Source: a bacterium
GTDB taxonomy: Bacteria; Bacillota; Clostridia; Christensenellales; Aristaeellaceae
Length of the DNA: 60,827 nucleotides
Assembly: GCA_963656345.1 (NCBI GenBank)
Contig: CAVKHY010000001.1
Span: forward strand, 1 to 60,827
Reading direction: 5' to 3'
Shown: piece by piece, positions 25,618 to 33,839 of the stretch
How the letters are laid out: the number at the start of each line of letters is the position of its first letter
Numbering within the stretch: position 1 is the first letter of the stretch
The notes under the pieces: generated by a model
The model's database searches: none
Told to the model about the DNA's origin: nothing
Seen by the model: only the letters and a program-made list of their open reading frames with translations
Program-made: the position numbers and the translations under genes

Positions 25618-27411
25618 TCATGCCGTGTAATCAAACTGCGCCATGTACATGGACGCATACACGCCGCCTTTTTCCAACAGCTCCTGATGGGTGCCGCTTT
25701 CCACCAGCCGGCCGTGATCCATCACCAGAATCTTGTCCGCCCCGGTAATGGTGGACAGCCGATGGGCGATCACAAAACAGGTGCGCCCCTTCATCAGCCT
25801 CAGCATGGCTTCCTGAATCAGCTTCTCCGTACGGGTATCCACGTTGGAGGTGGCTTCATCCAGAATCAGCATGGAGGAATCCATCAGCATGGCTCTGGCA
25901 ATGGTCAGCAACTGCTTCTGCCCCTTGGAAATGCTGGTGCCGGAGGCAATCACCGGAGTATCGTAGCCTTGGGGCATGGCCTGAATCATCTCATGAATGT
26001 GGGCAGCTTTGGCAGCCTGAATCACTTCCTCACGGGTGGCATCCGGGCGGCCGTAGGCGATATTCTCGTACACCGTGCCCTCAAACAGCCAGGTATCCTG
26101 CAGCACCATGGTAAACTGGCTGCGTAGGCTGTCCCGTTTCAGGGTTCGAATGTCCTTTCCATCCAGCAGGATGGCCCCATCTGTTACATCATAGAAGCGC
26201 ATCAGCAGATTGATCAGCGTGGTTTTGCCGCAGCCTGTTTCGCCTACAATGGCAATGACCGAGCCTGGCTTGGCCTCAAAGTTCACCTGATGCAGCACTT
26301 CCTTCCCCGGCGCATAGCCGAAGGAAACATGCTCCACCCGCACGTCTCCCTTGCAGGGAGAAGCGTCCAGAGCATCTGCGGCATCCGGCGTTTCCGGTGG
26401 CAGGTCGCACAGGGTCAGCACCCGTTCCGCTGCTGCCAGGGCAGACTGAATCTCACTGAGAATGTTGGCAAATTCGTTAATGGGGCCGGAAAACTTCCGG
26501 CTGTACAGCACAAAGGAGCTGACACCTCCAAGGGTGATCCCTCCTGCCATGTACATCAGCGAACCGAAGATGCTGACCAGTGCCAGAGACACATTGTTAA
26601 TCAGGTTCACCGTGGGGCCGGTAACGCTGGCGGTATAGTCTGCCTTCCAATTTGCTTCCACAGCACCGTCATTCTTGGCGGTGAAGCGCTGATGAAATTC
26701 CTGCTCCTGATGATAAGCCCGAACGGTTTTCATGCCGGAAATGGTTTCCTCCACGAAGCCGTTCAGTTCTCCCAGCTTGCGGGAACGTGTGCGGAAAAGA
26801 GGACGAACCTTCTTTGCACGGTACCGTGTGAAGACAATGGAAATAGGAATGGTGAATACAAAGATTAGCAGCAGCTGAGGAGAAATAGAGAGCATCATGG
26901 CAAAGGAGCCTACCACGGTAATGGCACTGGAAAGCATCTGCACCAAATCCGTGGACAGGGAGCTGCCCACCGTATCCACATCGTAGGATAGGACAGAAAT
27001 CACGTCGCCGGTTTGATGGGTATCGAAGAAGCTGACCGGCAGCACCGTCAATTGGCGGAACAGATCCGTGCGCATTTGCTTCACCATGTTCCGGGAAATG
27101 GCGATCATCAAGGCAGACAGTCCCCAGCTCATCAGCGCGGACAAAGCGGAGAGGCCTACCATCCAGCCTACATAGTAGATCACCTGGGGCATATCCACCC
27201 CGTCAGGCTTAATGGCATCGATAGCATACCCGGAAAGCTTGGGACTCAGCAGTGCCAGCACATTGCCGATCACCGACACAGCCACCGCAGCGGCGATCAG
27301 CAGTCTGTATTTGCTCAGGTATCTTCCCAAGCGGCGAAGCACATGCATGGAGTGTCCCTTCGGCTTGTCAAAAGCCATGTTGCCCATGGGGCTAATACCG
27401 CTGCCAGCCAT
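25618..27411 (-). CDS. ABC exporter, fused permease/ATPase (heterodimer partner B)
   Basis: Six-TM N-terminal domain. Walker A GETGCGKTT, signature ISKGQKQLL, Walker B LILDEATSNVD. TAATG overlap with the upstream partner gene. Confidence 0.85.
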   Translation of the reverse strand: MAGSGISPMGNMAFDKPKGHSMHVLRRLGRYLSKYRLLIAAAVAVSVIGNVLALLSPKLSGYAIDAIKPDGVDMPQVIYYVGWMVGLSALSALMSWGLSALMIAISRNMVKQMRTDLFRQLTVLPVSFFDTHQTGDVISVLSYDVDTVGSSLSTDLVQMLSSAITVVGSFAMMLSISPQLLLIFVFTIPISIVFTRYRAKKVRPLFRTRSRKLGELNGFVEETISGMKTVRAYHQEQEFHQRFTAKNDGAVEANWKADYTASVTGPTVNLINNVSLALVSIFGSLMYMAGGITLGGVSSFVLYSRKFSGPINEFANILSEIQSALAAAERVLTLCDLPPETPDAADALDASPCKGDVRVEHVSFGYAPGKEVLHQVNFEAKPGSVIAIVGETGCGKTTLINLLMRFYDVTDGAILLDGKDIRTLKRDSLRSQFTMVLQDTWLFEGTVYENIAYGRPDATREEVIQAAKAAHIHEMIQAMPQGYDTPVIASGTSISKGQKQLLTIARAMLMDSSMLILDEATSNVDTRTEKLIQEAMLRLMKGRTCFVIAHRLSTITGADKILVMDHGRLVESGTHQELLEKGGVYASMYMAQFDYTA

Positions 27412-29141
27412 TACACGGCCTCCCTTCCGCTTGGATGCTGTTCACTGCCCAATTGCAGCAGGCACAAATCGTGGTACAGGGGACAGCTTTCCTTCAATGC
27501 CCCATGCTTGCCGTAGCCTACGACCCGGCCATGATCCATTACCAGAATATGATCTGCCGCCATCACTGCTGAGACACGCTGTGCCACCAGCACCGTGGTG
27601 GTATTTTGGTATGCCTCCCGAATGGCGTGGCGAAGAGCCAGATCCGTCTTAAAGTCCAAGGCACTGGAGCAATCATCCAGCAGCAACAGCCGTGGCTTTC
27701 CGGCCAAGGCGCGGGAGATCAGCACACGCTGCTGCTGGCCGCCGGAAAGGTTCCTGCCCCGCACGTTCAGGGCAAAGTCCAGCTGATCCTCATTCTGCCG
27801 GATAAACTCCGCCTGGGCCCGCTCCGTGGCGGTCAGCAGGGATTGATCGTTGATCTCCCGGCCGAAGCGGATGTTTTCCCGAAGGGTGTCTGCCATCAGG
27901 AAATCATTTTGGAACACAATGCCCACGTTCTTCCGCAGCTCCTCCGGCGGAATGGAGGCAATGTTTCTGCCCCCGATGCGGATCTCTCCCTGATCCGGGT
28001 CGTACTGGCGAAGCATCAAGGCAAGCAAAGTGCTCTTCCCTGCGCCTGTGGGGCCGATGATCCCCAAGGTTTCCCCTTCTTTTAAGGAGAAGGAAATGTC
28101 CTCAACGTCCGGCCGGTGTTTATTGTACGAAAAGCTGACATGATCGAAAACCAGATAGGCGTCTTCCTGCACGGGCGGAATGTCCTTCACCTTCAGTTCG
28201 GATTCCATGGCAAGGATTTCGCCGATGCGCTTGGCACTGGCCTGTCCCTTGGAATACATCATAAACAGCCGGGATACGGCCAGCAACGCGTTCAGAATAA
28301 TGGTAAAGTAGCTCATGAAGGCGATGATTTTTCCCGGCTGGGACACGCCCATGGACACCCGAACAGCACCCACCAGCACCACCGCCGCAAGGCCGATGTT
28401 CAGCAGCAGATTCACCAATGGGCTGACCATGGCCATGGTCATGGAGGCGTCCTTCTGGCTGTCCGCCAGCGAAGCATTCACTTCATCGAACCGATCCCGT
28501 TCCCATGCGGTTCTGGACAGGGCACGCACCACTCTGGCGCCGGTCATGTTTTCCTGAATCTTGCGCACCATGCCATCTTCGCATTGCTGCACCCGGGTGT
28601 ATAGGGGCAGTCCTCGCTTGGAAATGGTGACCACCACCACTAGCAGCAGCGGAAGAGTGGCCGCCATCACCAGGGTAAGCACCGGCTCAAGGCAAGCGGC
28701 AACAATGAGCCCTCCCAGCAGAAGGATTGGTGCACGAACCCCCATCCGCTGCATACGATCCACCATCTGATGCACATTGTAGGTGTCGCTGGTCAGCCGA
28801 GATACCATGGAGGAGTCCGTAATTTGATCTCGCTGGGCAGCGGAAAGGTTTTCGATTTTGTCGAATAAATCTCTGCGAATCTTTCGGGTCATTTCCCGGC
28901 TGATGCCGGTGGAAAGCCGGTTGGCGGTGCAGTTGCCCAGCCAGGCCAGCACGGCACACAGCAGCATGCCAATCCCCATCATCCACACACCGTGCATGTC
29001 CCCTGCTGGGGCGTAGTCATCCAGAATGATGGACAGCATGCTGGGCAAAAACAGTTCAATCACCGTGCCGCCGATCTTGACCAGCATCTGCCAGAAAAGC
29101 CGGCCGTAATAGGGCTTTATGTAGGTTCGGATGAGGTGCAT
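27411..29141 (-). CDS. ABC exporter, fused permease/ATPase (heterodimer partner A)
   Basis: Start MHLIRTYIKPYYGRLFW at 29141; the track ORF extends to 29255. Walker A GPTGAGKST, signature LSGGQQQRV, Walker B LLLDDCSSALD. Confidence 0.85.
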   Translation of the reverse strand: MHLIRTYIKPYYGRLFWQMLVKIGGTVIELFLPSMLSIILDDYAPAGDMHGVWMMGIGMLLCAVLAWLGNCTANRLSTGISREMTRKIRRDLFDKIENLSAAQRDQITDSSMVSRLTSDTYNVHQMVDRMQRMGVRAPILLLGGLIVAACLEPVLTLVMAATLPLLLVVVVTISKRGLPLYTRVQQCEDGMVRKIQENMTGARVVRALSRTAWERDRFDEVNASLADSQKDASMTMAMVSPLVNLLLNIGLAAVVLVGAVRVSMGVSQPGKIIAFMSYFTIILNALLAVSRLFMMYSKGQASAKRIGEILAMESELKVKDIPPVQEDAYLVFDHVSFSYNKHRPDVEDISFSLKEGETLGIIGPTGAGKSTLLALMLRQYDPDQGEIRIGGRNIASIPPEELRKNVGIVFQNDFLMADTLRENIRFGREINDQSLLTATERAQAEFIRQNEDQLDFALNVRGRNLSGGQQQRVLISRALAGKPRLLLLDDCSSALDFKTDLALRHAIREAYQNTTTVLVAQRVSAVMAADHILVMDHGRVVGYGKHGALKESCPLYHDLCLLQLGSEQHPSGREAV

Positions 29142-29575
29142 GGTGCTTCCCCTCCCTTCACATAGGCTTCTGCCCGCTTGGCGACCCGATCCAGGAGATT
29201 GCTGAGGGTTGTCTGCTCTTCCTCCGTCAGATCCTGCACCAGATATGCCCGCCAATCACCCAGCATGGTTTTCAGCCGCTCCTGCATGGCCAAGGCTTTT
29301 TCCGTGGGATACAGCCGGAGCACCCGCCGATCCTTGGGATCACACGCCCGCTGGATATAGCCCTGCTTTTCCAGCGCTGCCACCTGCCGGGTGACGCTGG
29401 ACTTATTCACGCACAGCCATGCCGCAAGTTCCTCCTGGGTCATGCCCGGATTTCTGAAAAGAGGCAGCAGATAGGGAGTCTGACAGCCGTTTATGTCCGA
29501 ATCCTTTAATTGATGATCCCGGTACATCATACCGCATCGATACGTTACATTGATTTGCCTTGTTAAGGGCGGCAT
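29117..29575 (-). CDS. MarR-family transcriptional regulator
   Basis: Winged-helix segment is GMTQEELAAWLCVNKSSVTRQVAALEKQGYIQRACDPKDRRVLRLYPTEK. AAAGGAGG RBS. Confidence 0.85.
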   Translation of the reverse strand: MPPLTRQINVTYRCGMMYRDHQLKDSDINGCQTPYLLPLFRNPGMTQEELAAWLCVNKSSVTRQVAALEKQGYIQRACDPKDRRVLRLYPTEKALAMQERLKTMLGDWRAYLVQDLTEEEQTTLSNLLDRVAKRAEAYVKGGEAPCTSSEPT

Positions 29576-29593
29576 AGGAAGGCCTCCTTTTTC

Positions 29594-29637
29594 GTTGCGT
29601 ACGCAACTATTATAGGAAGGCCGCTGTTCCTTGTCAA
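29594..29637 (-). promoter_or_regulatory. Consensus promoter (TTGACA-17-TATAAT) plus a 14-bp perfect palindrome operator for the marR-ABC operon
   Basis: On the minus strand, TTGACA is at 29637-29632 and TATAAT at 29614-29609. The palindrome GTTGCGTACGCAAC lies at 29594-29607, between the -10 box and the RBS. Confidence 0.6.
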
Positions 29638-29650
29638 GGTATCACGCAAT

Positions 29651-29680
29651 AAAAAAACAGACAGGTTTCGTCCCGTCTGT
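29651..29680 (-). terminator. Intrinsic terminator after the GT2 gene
   Basis: The minus strand reads ACAGACGGGACGAAACCTGTCTG followed by TTTTTTT. Confidence 0.65.
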
Positions 29681-29693
29681 ATGGTATACCGTT

Positions 29694-31001
29694 TTACGCT
29701 TTTGCTTCCTTGGGGCTGCGCTCTTCCTCTGCCAGCACTTCCCGGCAGATGGTGTGTTCCGTCTTCACCCAGGTGTGCTGATTCCGGCAGAGCAGCAGAC
29801 CCACCACCTGATTGACCACAGCCACCAGCATGTTCACCACAAAGCTGACGATCATCAGCGGCAGGGTAGAAATCTTGAAGGGAATCTTGTTATCCACCCA
29901 GTCTGCCAAATAGAACAGGGCAAAATAGCTGTAGATGAAGAGCACTAACCCTGTAATCATGGCTGCATTGCTGGTAGGCACCGGGTGATAGTCAAAGGCC
30001 GGAATCATCAGCAGCAGGGAAATGATCAGCTGCAGCGCCGCCACCACATAGGAGGACAGGCTGTACATGTATGTCAGCACGCTGATGAACTCCCGGAAGC
30101 TGATCTTCCCGTGAAACAGGCTGGAGAACACCTTTCCCGTGTTCTTCAGGCACACATACCAGTGCCCCTGACCCCAGCGAAGCTTCTGCCGCATGGAGGC
30201 CATCAGCTTGGTGGGCTTTTCATCATAGACCCGGCAGTTGTGATTCCACAGAATCCGCTTGCCGGCCAGGGTCGCTTCCACCTGAATTTCGAAGTCTTCC
30301 GTCAGGCTCATGGTGGTCCAGCCCCCCCGCTGATACAGGTAGGCCGTGGAAATGGCAAAGCCCGTACCGCCAATGGAGCAGTTCAGCCCCCGGCGATGCT
30401 TGGCCAGCTGGAAGAACCGGTTGGTAACCGTGTAGCTGGTGTAGTAGAACCAGGCCACAATACCCTTCTTGTTCTTGGCACCCAGATAGCACTGAATGAA
30501 ATCCGGCTTTCCTTTGTCCAGGTATTGGCTGTTTACTTCCCGGAACATGTTCCGATCCATCAGGTTGTCCGCATCAAAAATCATCAGCAGATCGTACTGT
30601 TCCTGATAGTTGCCCACAGCCTCCAGCGCCTTTTTCAGGGCGATGGGTTTGCCGGTAGCATCCTCCGGGTGTTCCCGGTGAGTTTCGATCACCTTAGCGC
30701 CGTGGCTCCGTGCCACATCCGCTGTCCTGTCTGTGCAGTTATCCGCAATGATATAAAAATCATACAGCTCCTTGGGATAATCCATGGACTGCAGATTTTC
30801 GATAATATCCCCGATCACGGCTTCCTCGTCGTGAGCAGGCACCAGTACCAGAAAGCGGCTTGCAGGATCATGATCCTGATAGTCCTTCGTGGCGCGCTTA
30901 AAGCCGAACAGCGTCAGATACATCTGGTAGACCAGCATCACCATCAGCCATGCGCCAAGCACCGCCGAGATCCCCTCCAGGATCCGTCCCACCACTGCCA
31001 C
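29694..31001 (-). CDS. Membrane-embedded family-2 glycosyltransferase of the processive synthase type
   Basis: GAAGGAGGA RBS then GTG 31001. One N-terminal TM and several C-terminal TMs. Motifs are VPAHDEE, ADNCTD, FDADN and QKLRW (QxxRW). Confidence 0.85.
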   Translation of the reverse strand: MAVVGRILEGISAVLGAWLMVMLVYQMYLTLFGFKRATKDYQDHDPASRFLVLVPAHDEEAVIGDIIENLQSMDYPKELYDFYIIADNCTDRTADVARSHGAKVIETHREHPEDATGKPIALKKALEAVGNYQEQYDLLMIFDADNLMDRNMFREVNSQYLDKGKPDFIQCYLGAKNKKGIVAWFYYTSYTVTNRFFQLAKHRRGLNCSIGGTGFAISTAYLYQRGGWTTMSLTEDFEIQVEATLAGKRILWNHNCRVYDEKPTKLMASMRQKLRWGQGHWYVCLKNTGKVFSSLFHGKISFREFISVLTYMYSLSSYVVAALQLIISLLLMIPAFDYHPVPTSNAAMITGLVLFIYSYFALFYLADWVDNKIPFKISTLPLMIVSFVVNMLVAVVNQVVGLLLCRNQHTWVKTEHTICREVLAEEERSPKEAKA

Positions 31002-31132
31002 GTAAGTTCCTCCTTCAAATCTCCCCGTACCTTGCAGAATAGGTACAAACCCTACTAATTAAAGCCTATTTGCATACGTTTGTCAAGAATAATATGGGGG
31101 TTTGCCGCGGTTCTCAGGAGGATAGGCATCAT

Positions 31133-32146
31133 TTACCCCTTTGCCTCTGCAGCAAGCTTTGCAATGATCTGCCGGGGAAAATCAATTTTCCCATAATAGT
31201 CCAGGATCTCCCGCACATCCTCCAAGCAGGGCAGGCTGGGCTGTGCTCCCACCCGGGACACAGTGATGGCCGCTGTATTCCGGGCAAAGTCCATGGCCTG
31301 CACCTGATTGAGTCCGGCGCAAATGCCTACGCAGAAGGCCGCAACAAAGCTGTCCCCTGCCGCAGTTGGGTCAGCGACCGGCACATCCGGCACACTGGGC
31401 AGATAGTGCAGCCCCGCATCGTCCCCTAATGCGGCTCCGTTTTCGCCCAGGGTAATCAGCACATGTTCCACGCCCTGACGGCGGAGCGCATCGCAGGCGG
31501 CTTGTACATCCGCTTTGTTCAACTTCTTTTCCGTGCGAATCGGTATACCGGTCAGGGCAGCGGCTTCATGCTCATTGGGGGAAAGATAGGTGGCGCACTG
31601 CAGCAGTTCCGCCGGCATCACAGCCGCCGGGGCAGGGTTCACCATAACCGGTACGCCTGCCTTTTTCGCCCACTGGGCCACGGCTACGTTCACCGCCATG
31701 GGAATTTCAAACTGCAGCAGCACCATGTCAAAATCAGCAATGTCCTTCTCCAGGAAAGCAACGTCCTCCACGGTCAGGGTCATGTTGGAACCGCCGACAA
31801 CAATGATGCGATTGTGCCGGTTGCCCTGAGCATCTTCTTCCAGCAAAATGGTGGCGATGCCGGTGAAGGCGCCATGGTCATCCCGCAGTACACGCTGCAC
31901 GTTGACCCCGGCTTTTTCCGCAGCCGCCAGCACCTGGTCGCCAAAGCTGTCCATGCCTACCTTGCCCACCATGGTCACCTGCGCACCCAGCCGAGCCGCC
32001 TGCACCGCCTGATTGTTGCCCTTGCCGCCGGGTGCTGTGGTGAATCCCTTGCCCAATACAGTTTCGCCGGAGGAAGGGAAAACGCCGGTGGTGGTGGTTA
32101 AATCCATGGAGAAGCTGCCCACCACGAGAATACGAGGTACACTCAT
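31133..32146 (-). CDS. rbsK: Ribokinase
   Basis: GGKGNNQAVQAARLG and DPTAAGDSFVAAF motifs. 337 aa, with a short C-terminal extension. Confidence 0.85.
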   Translation of the reverse strand: MSVPRILVVGSFSMDLTTTTGVFPSSGETVLGKGFTTAPGGKGNNQAVQAARLGAQVTMVGKVGMDSFGDQVLAAAEKAGVNVQRVLRDDHGAFTGIATILLEEDAQGNRHNRIIVVGGSNMTLTVEDVAFLEKDIADFDMVLLQFEIPMAVNVAVAQWAKKAGVPVMVNPAPAAVMPAELLQCATYLSPNEHEAAALTGIPIRTEKKLNKADVQAACDALRRQGVEHVLITLGENGAALGDDAGLHYLPSVPDVPVADPTAAGDSFVAAFCVGICAGLNQVQAMDFARNTAAITVSRVGAQPSLPCLEDVREILDYYGKIDFPRQIIAKLAAEAKG

Positions 32147-32255
32147 GATTCATCCTTCTTTCCTGTGCCGTGCACGGTTCTTTTCTTTCATTATAGCATA
32201 TCCGATAACGTTTTTCATAATGCTATCGCATACAATCCTTCAAATAAAAAGAAAA

Positions 32256-32303
32256 ACGTGAAAAGAAGAACGGAGGGCCTTCTCTCACGAAGTTCCTTCC
32301 GTT
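32256..32303 (-). terminator. Intrinsic terminator after the PreA-like gene
   Basis: Minus-strand stem AACGGAAGG / CCCTCCGTT followed by CTTCTTTTCACGTTTTTC. Confidence 0.5.
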
Positions 32304-32310
32304 GCTTTTC

Positions 32311-33798
32311 TTACACGTCCACCCGCTTGCCGTAGGGGCTGATGGCTTTCATGGGGCACACCAACACGCACAGGTGACAACCTACGCAGACCCGGGGATC
32401 CATCACCGGTTTGACGCCAACCAGCCGCAGTGCTTCATGTCCGCCATCACGGCAGGAAAGCACGCAGCGGCCGCAGCCAAGGCACTTCTGCCGATCAAAC
32501 TTGGGCAGCAGTTTGGTTTGCCGGTTCAACTCCTCCAGCTCGGTGACGTTCTCCACCCCCAACCCTTCCAAGTCGGACAGGTGTGTAAGAGCCTTTTCCC
32601 GAAGGTACCAGGTAAGACCATCCTTCAAGTCGTCGATAATCCGTGCACCGTACTGCATCACGGAGGTGGTAATCTGCACATGGTTTGCCCCCAGGAGCAG
32701 GAATTCCGCTGCATCCCGCCAGGTATCAATACCGCCCATGCCGCTGATAGGAAGGGGCTTTGTTTCCGGGTCAGCCGCCATTTCCCAAATAAATCGAAGG
32801 GCAATGGGCTTCACTGCCCGTCCCGAATAGCCGCCCACGCCGGAACGCCCACGGACAGAAGGCTCTGTGGTGTACGTATCCAGGTTCATGCCCATTAGGC
32901 TTTTCACGGTGTTAATGGCTGCAATGCCGTCTGCCCCATGCGCCATGGCCACCCGGGCAAAGGGGCGCATGTCTGTCACGTTGGGGGTCAGCTTGGCCAG
33001 CAGCGGAACAGTGCATCCCCTGCGCGCTGCTTCCGTGCACTGGGCAACAGCCTCCGGGCTTTGGCCGATGTCTACGCCTAAATTGTGCTGCTCCATGTTG
33101 GGGCAGGAGAAATTACACTCAATGATGTCCGCTCCGGCCTCCTGGGACAGCCGTGCCAGCCGCTCCCACTCCTCATCATTTCGCCCCATGATGGATGCGA
33201 TGATGACCTTGGTGGGATAGTCTTTCTTCAGCCGGCGGATAATAGCCAGGTCTGCCTCCAGTCCGTTGCAGGAAAGCTGCTCAATGTTCTTAAAGCCGCA
33301 GAAGCCGTGCTCTGCAGGCAGGGCAGAATATCGAGGGGAAGCCTCCCGGGGAATGAAGTCGCACATGGTCTTGAAGCAGGCACCTGCCCAGCCCATGTCA
33401 AAGGCACGGGCGATCTTTTCGTAGGTGCTGGCAACCACAGAGGAAGACAGCAGGAAGGGATTCTCCAGATGCACCCCGAGGAATTCACAGCTTAGATCCA
33501 CCGGTGTGGCGGGAATGTCTTCCCAGTTTTGACGATCCTCATGCAAGCAGGTTAGCACCCGCTTGATCTGAATGGGATTGCCGCAATGAGCGCAGGCTTT
33601 TTCGCAGGGCGCCGGGCAATCCTTGCAGGGATTCTCCTCACCGAGCCGCTTTCCTGCCCCTACAGGATTCTCAAACCGAAGGGAGCGCAGCAGGCGAGCC
33701 GGATCAATCCCTTTAGGGCAGGCACCGGAGCATCGGGCAGGTTCACAAAGCAGGCAGCGAGCTACTTCTTCCACAGGGATGGATGTTTCGTATTGCAT
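32311..33798 (-). CDS. Dihydroorotate/dihydropyrimidine dehydrogenase-like flavoprotein (PreA-like) with N-terminal Cys-rich helical Fe-S segment and C-terminal 2x[4Fe-4S]
   Basis: GAAAGGAAG RBS then ATG 33798. N-terminal CLLCEPARCSGACP and CKDCPAPCEKAC. Central DHOD-like TIM barrel region. C-terminal CLGCGRCVLSC and CVGCHLCVLVCP. Confidence 0.75.
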   Translation of the reverse strand: MQYETSIPVEEVARCLLCEPARCSGACPKGIDPARLLRSLRFENPVGAGKRLGEENPCKDCPAPCEKACAHCGNPIQIKRVLTCLHEDRQNWEDIPATPVDLSCEFLGVHLENPFLLSSSVVASTYEKIARAFDMGWAGACFKTMCDFIPREASPRYSALPAEHGFCGFKNIEQLSCNGLEADLAIIRRLKKDYPTKVIIASIMGRNDEEWERLARLSQEAGADIIECNFSCPNMEQHNLGVDIGQSPEAVAQCTEAARRGCTVPLLAKLTPNVTDMRPFARVAMAHGADGIAAINTVKSLMGMNLDTYTTEPSVRGRSGVGGYSGRAVKPIALRFIWEMAADPETKPLPISGMGGIDTWRDAAEFLLLGANHVQITTSVMQYGARIIDDLKDGLTWYLREKALTHLSDLEGLGVENVTELEELNRQTKLLPKFDRQKCLGCGRCVLSCRDGGHEALRLVGVKPVMDPRVCVGCHLCVLVCPMKAISPYGKRVDV

Positions 33799-33839
33799 AC
33801 AGCTTCCTTTCTCCCCGCAGGGCACAGTTGAACAGAGGA

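Noticed and set aside
32190-32225. ATAGCAT-N20-ATGCTAT inverted repeat and a GATAACGTTTTTCA cre/LacI-like element upstream of rbsK
   Set aside because: The match to the cre/LacI-family consensus (TGnAAnCGnTnnCA) is only partial and the repeat arms are short. No rbsR/LacI gene is adjacent. This is too weak to call as a feature.
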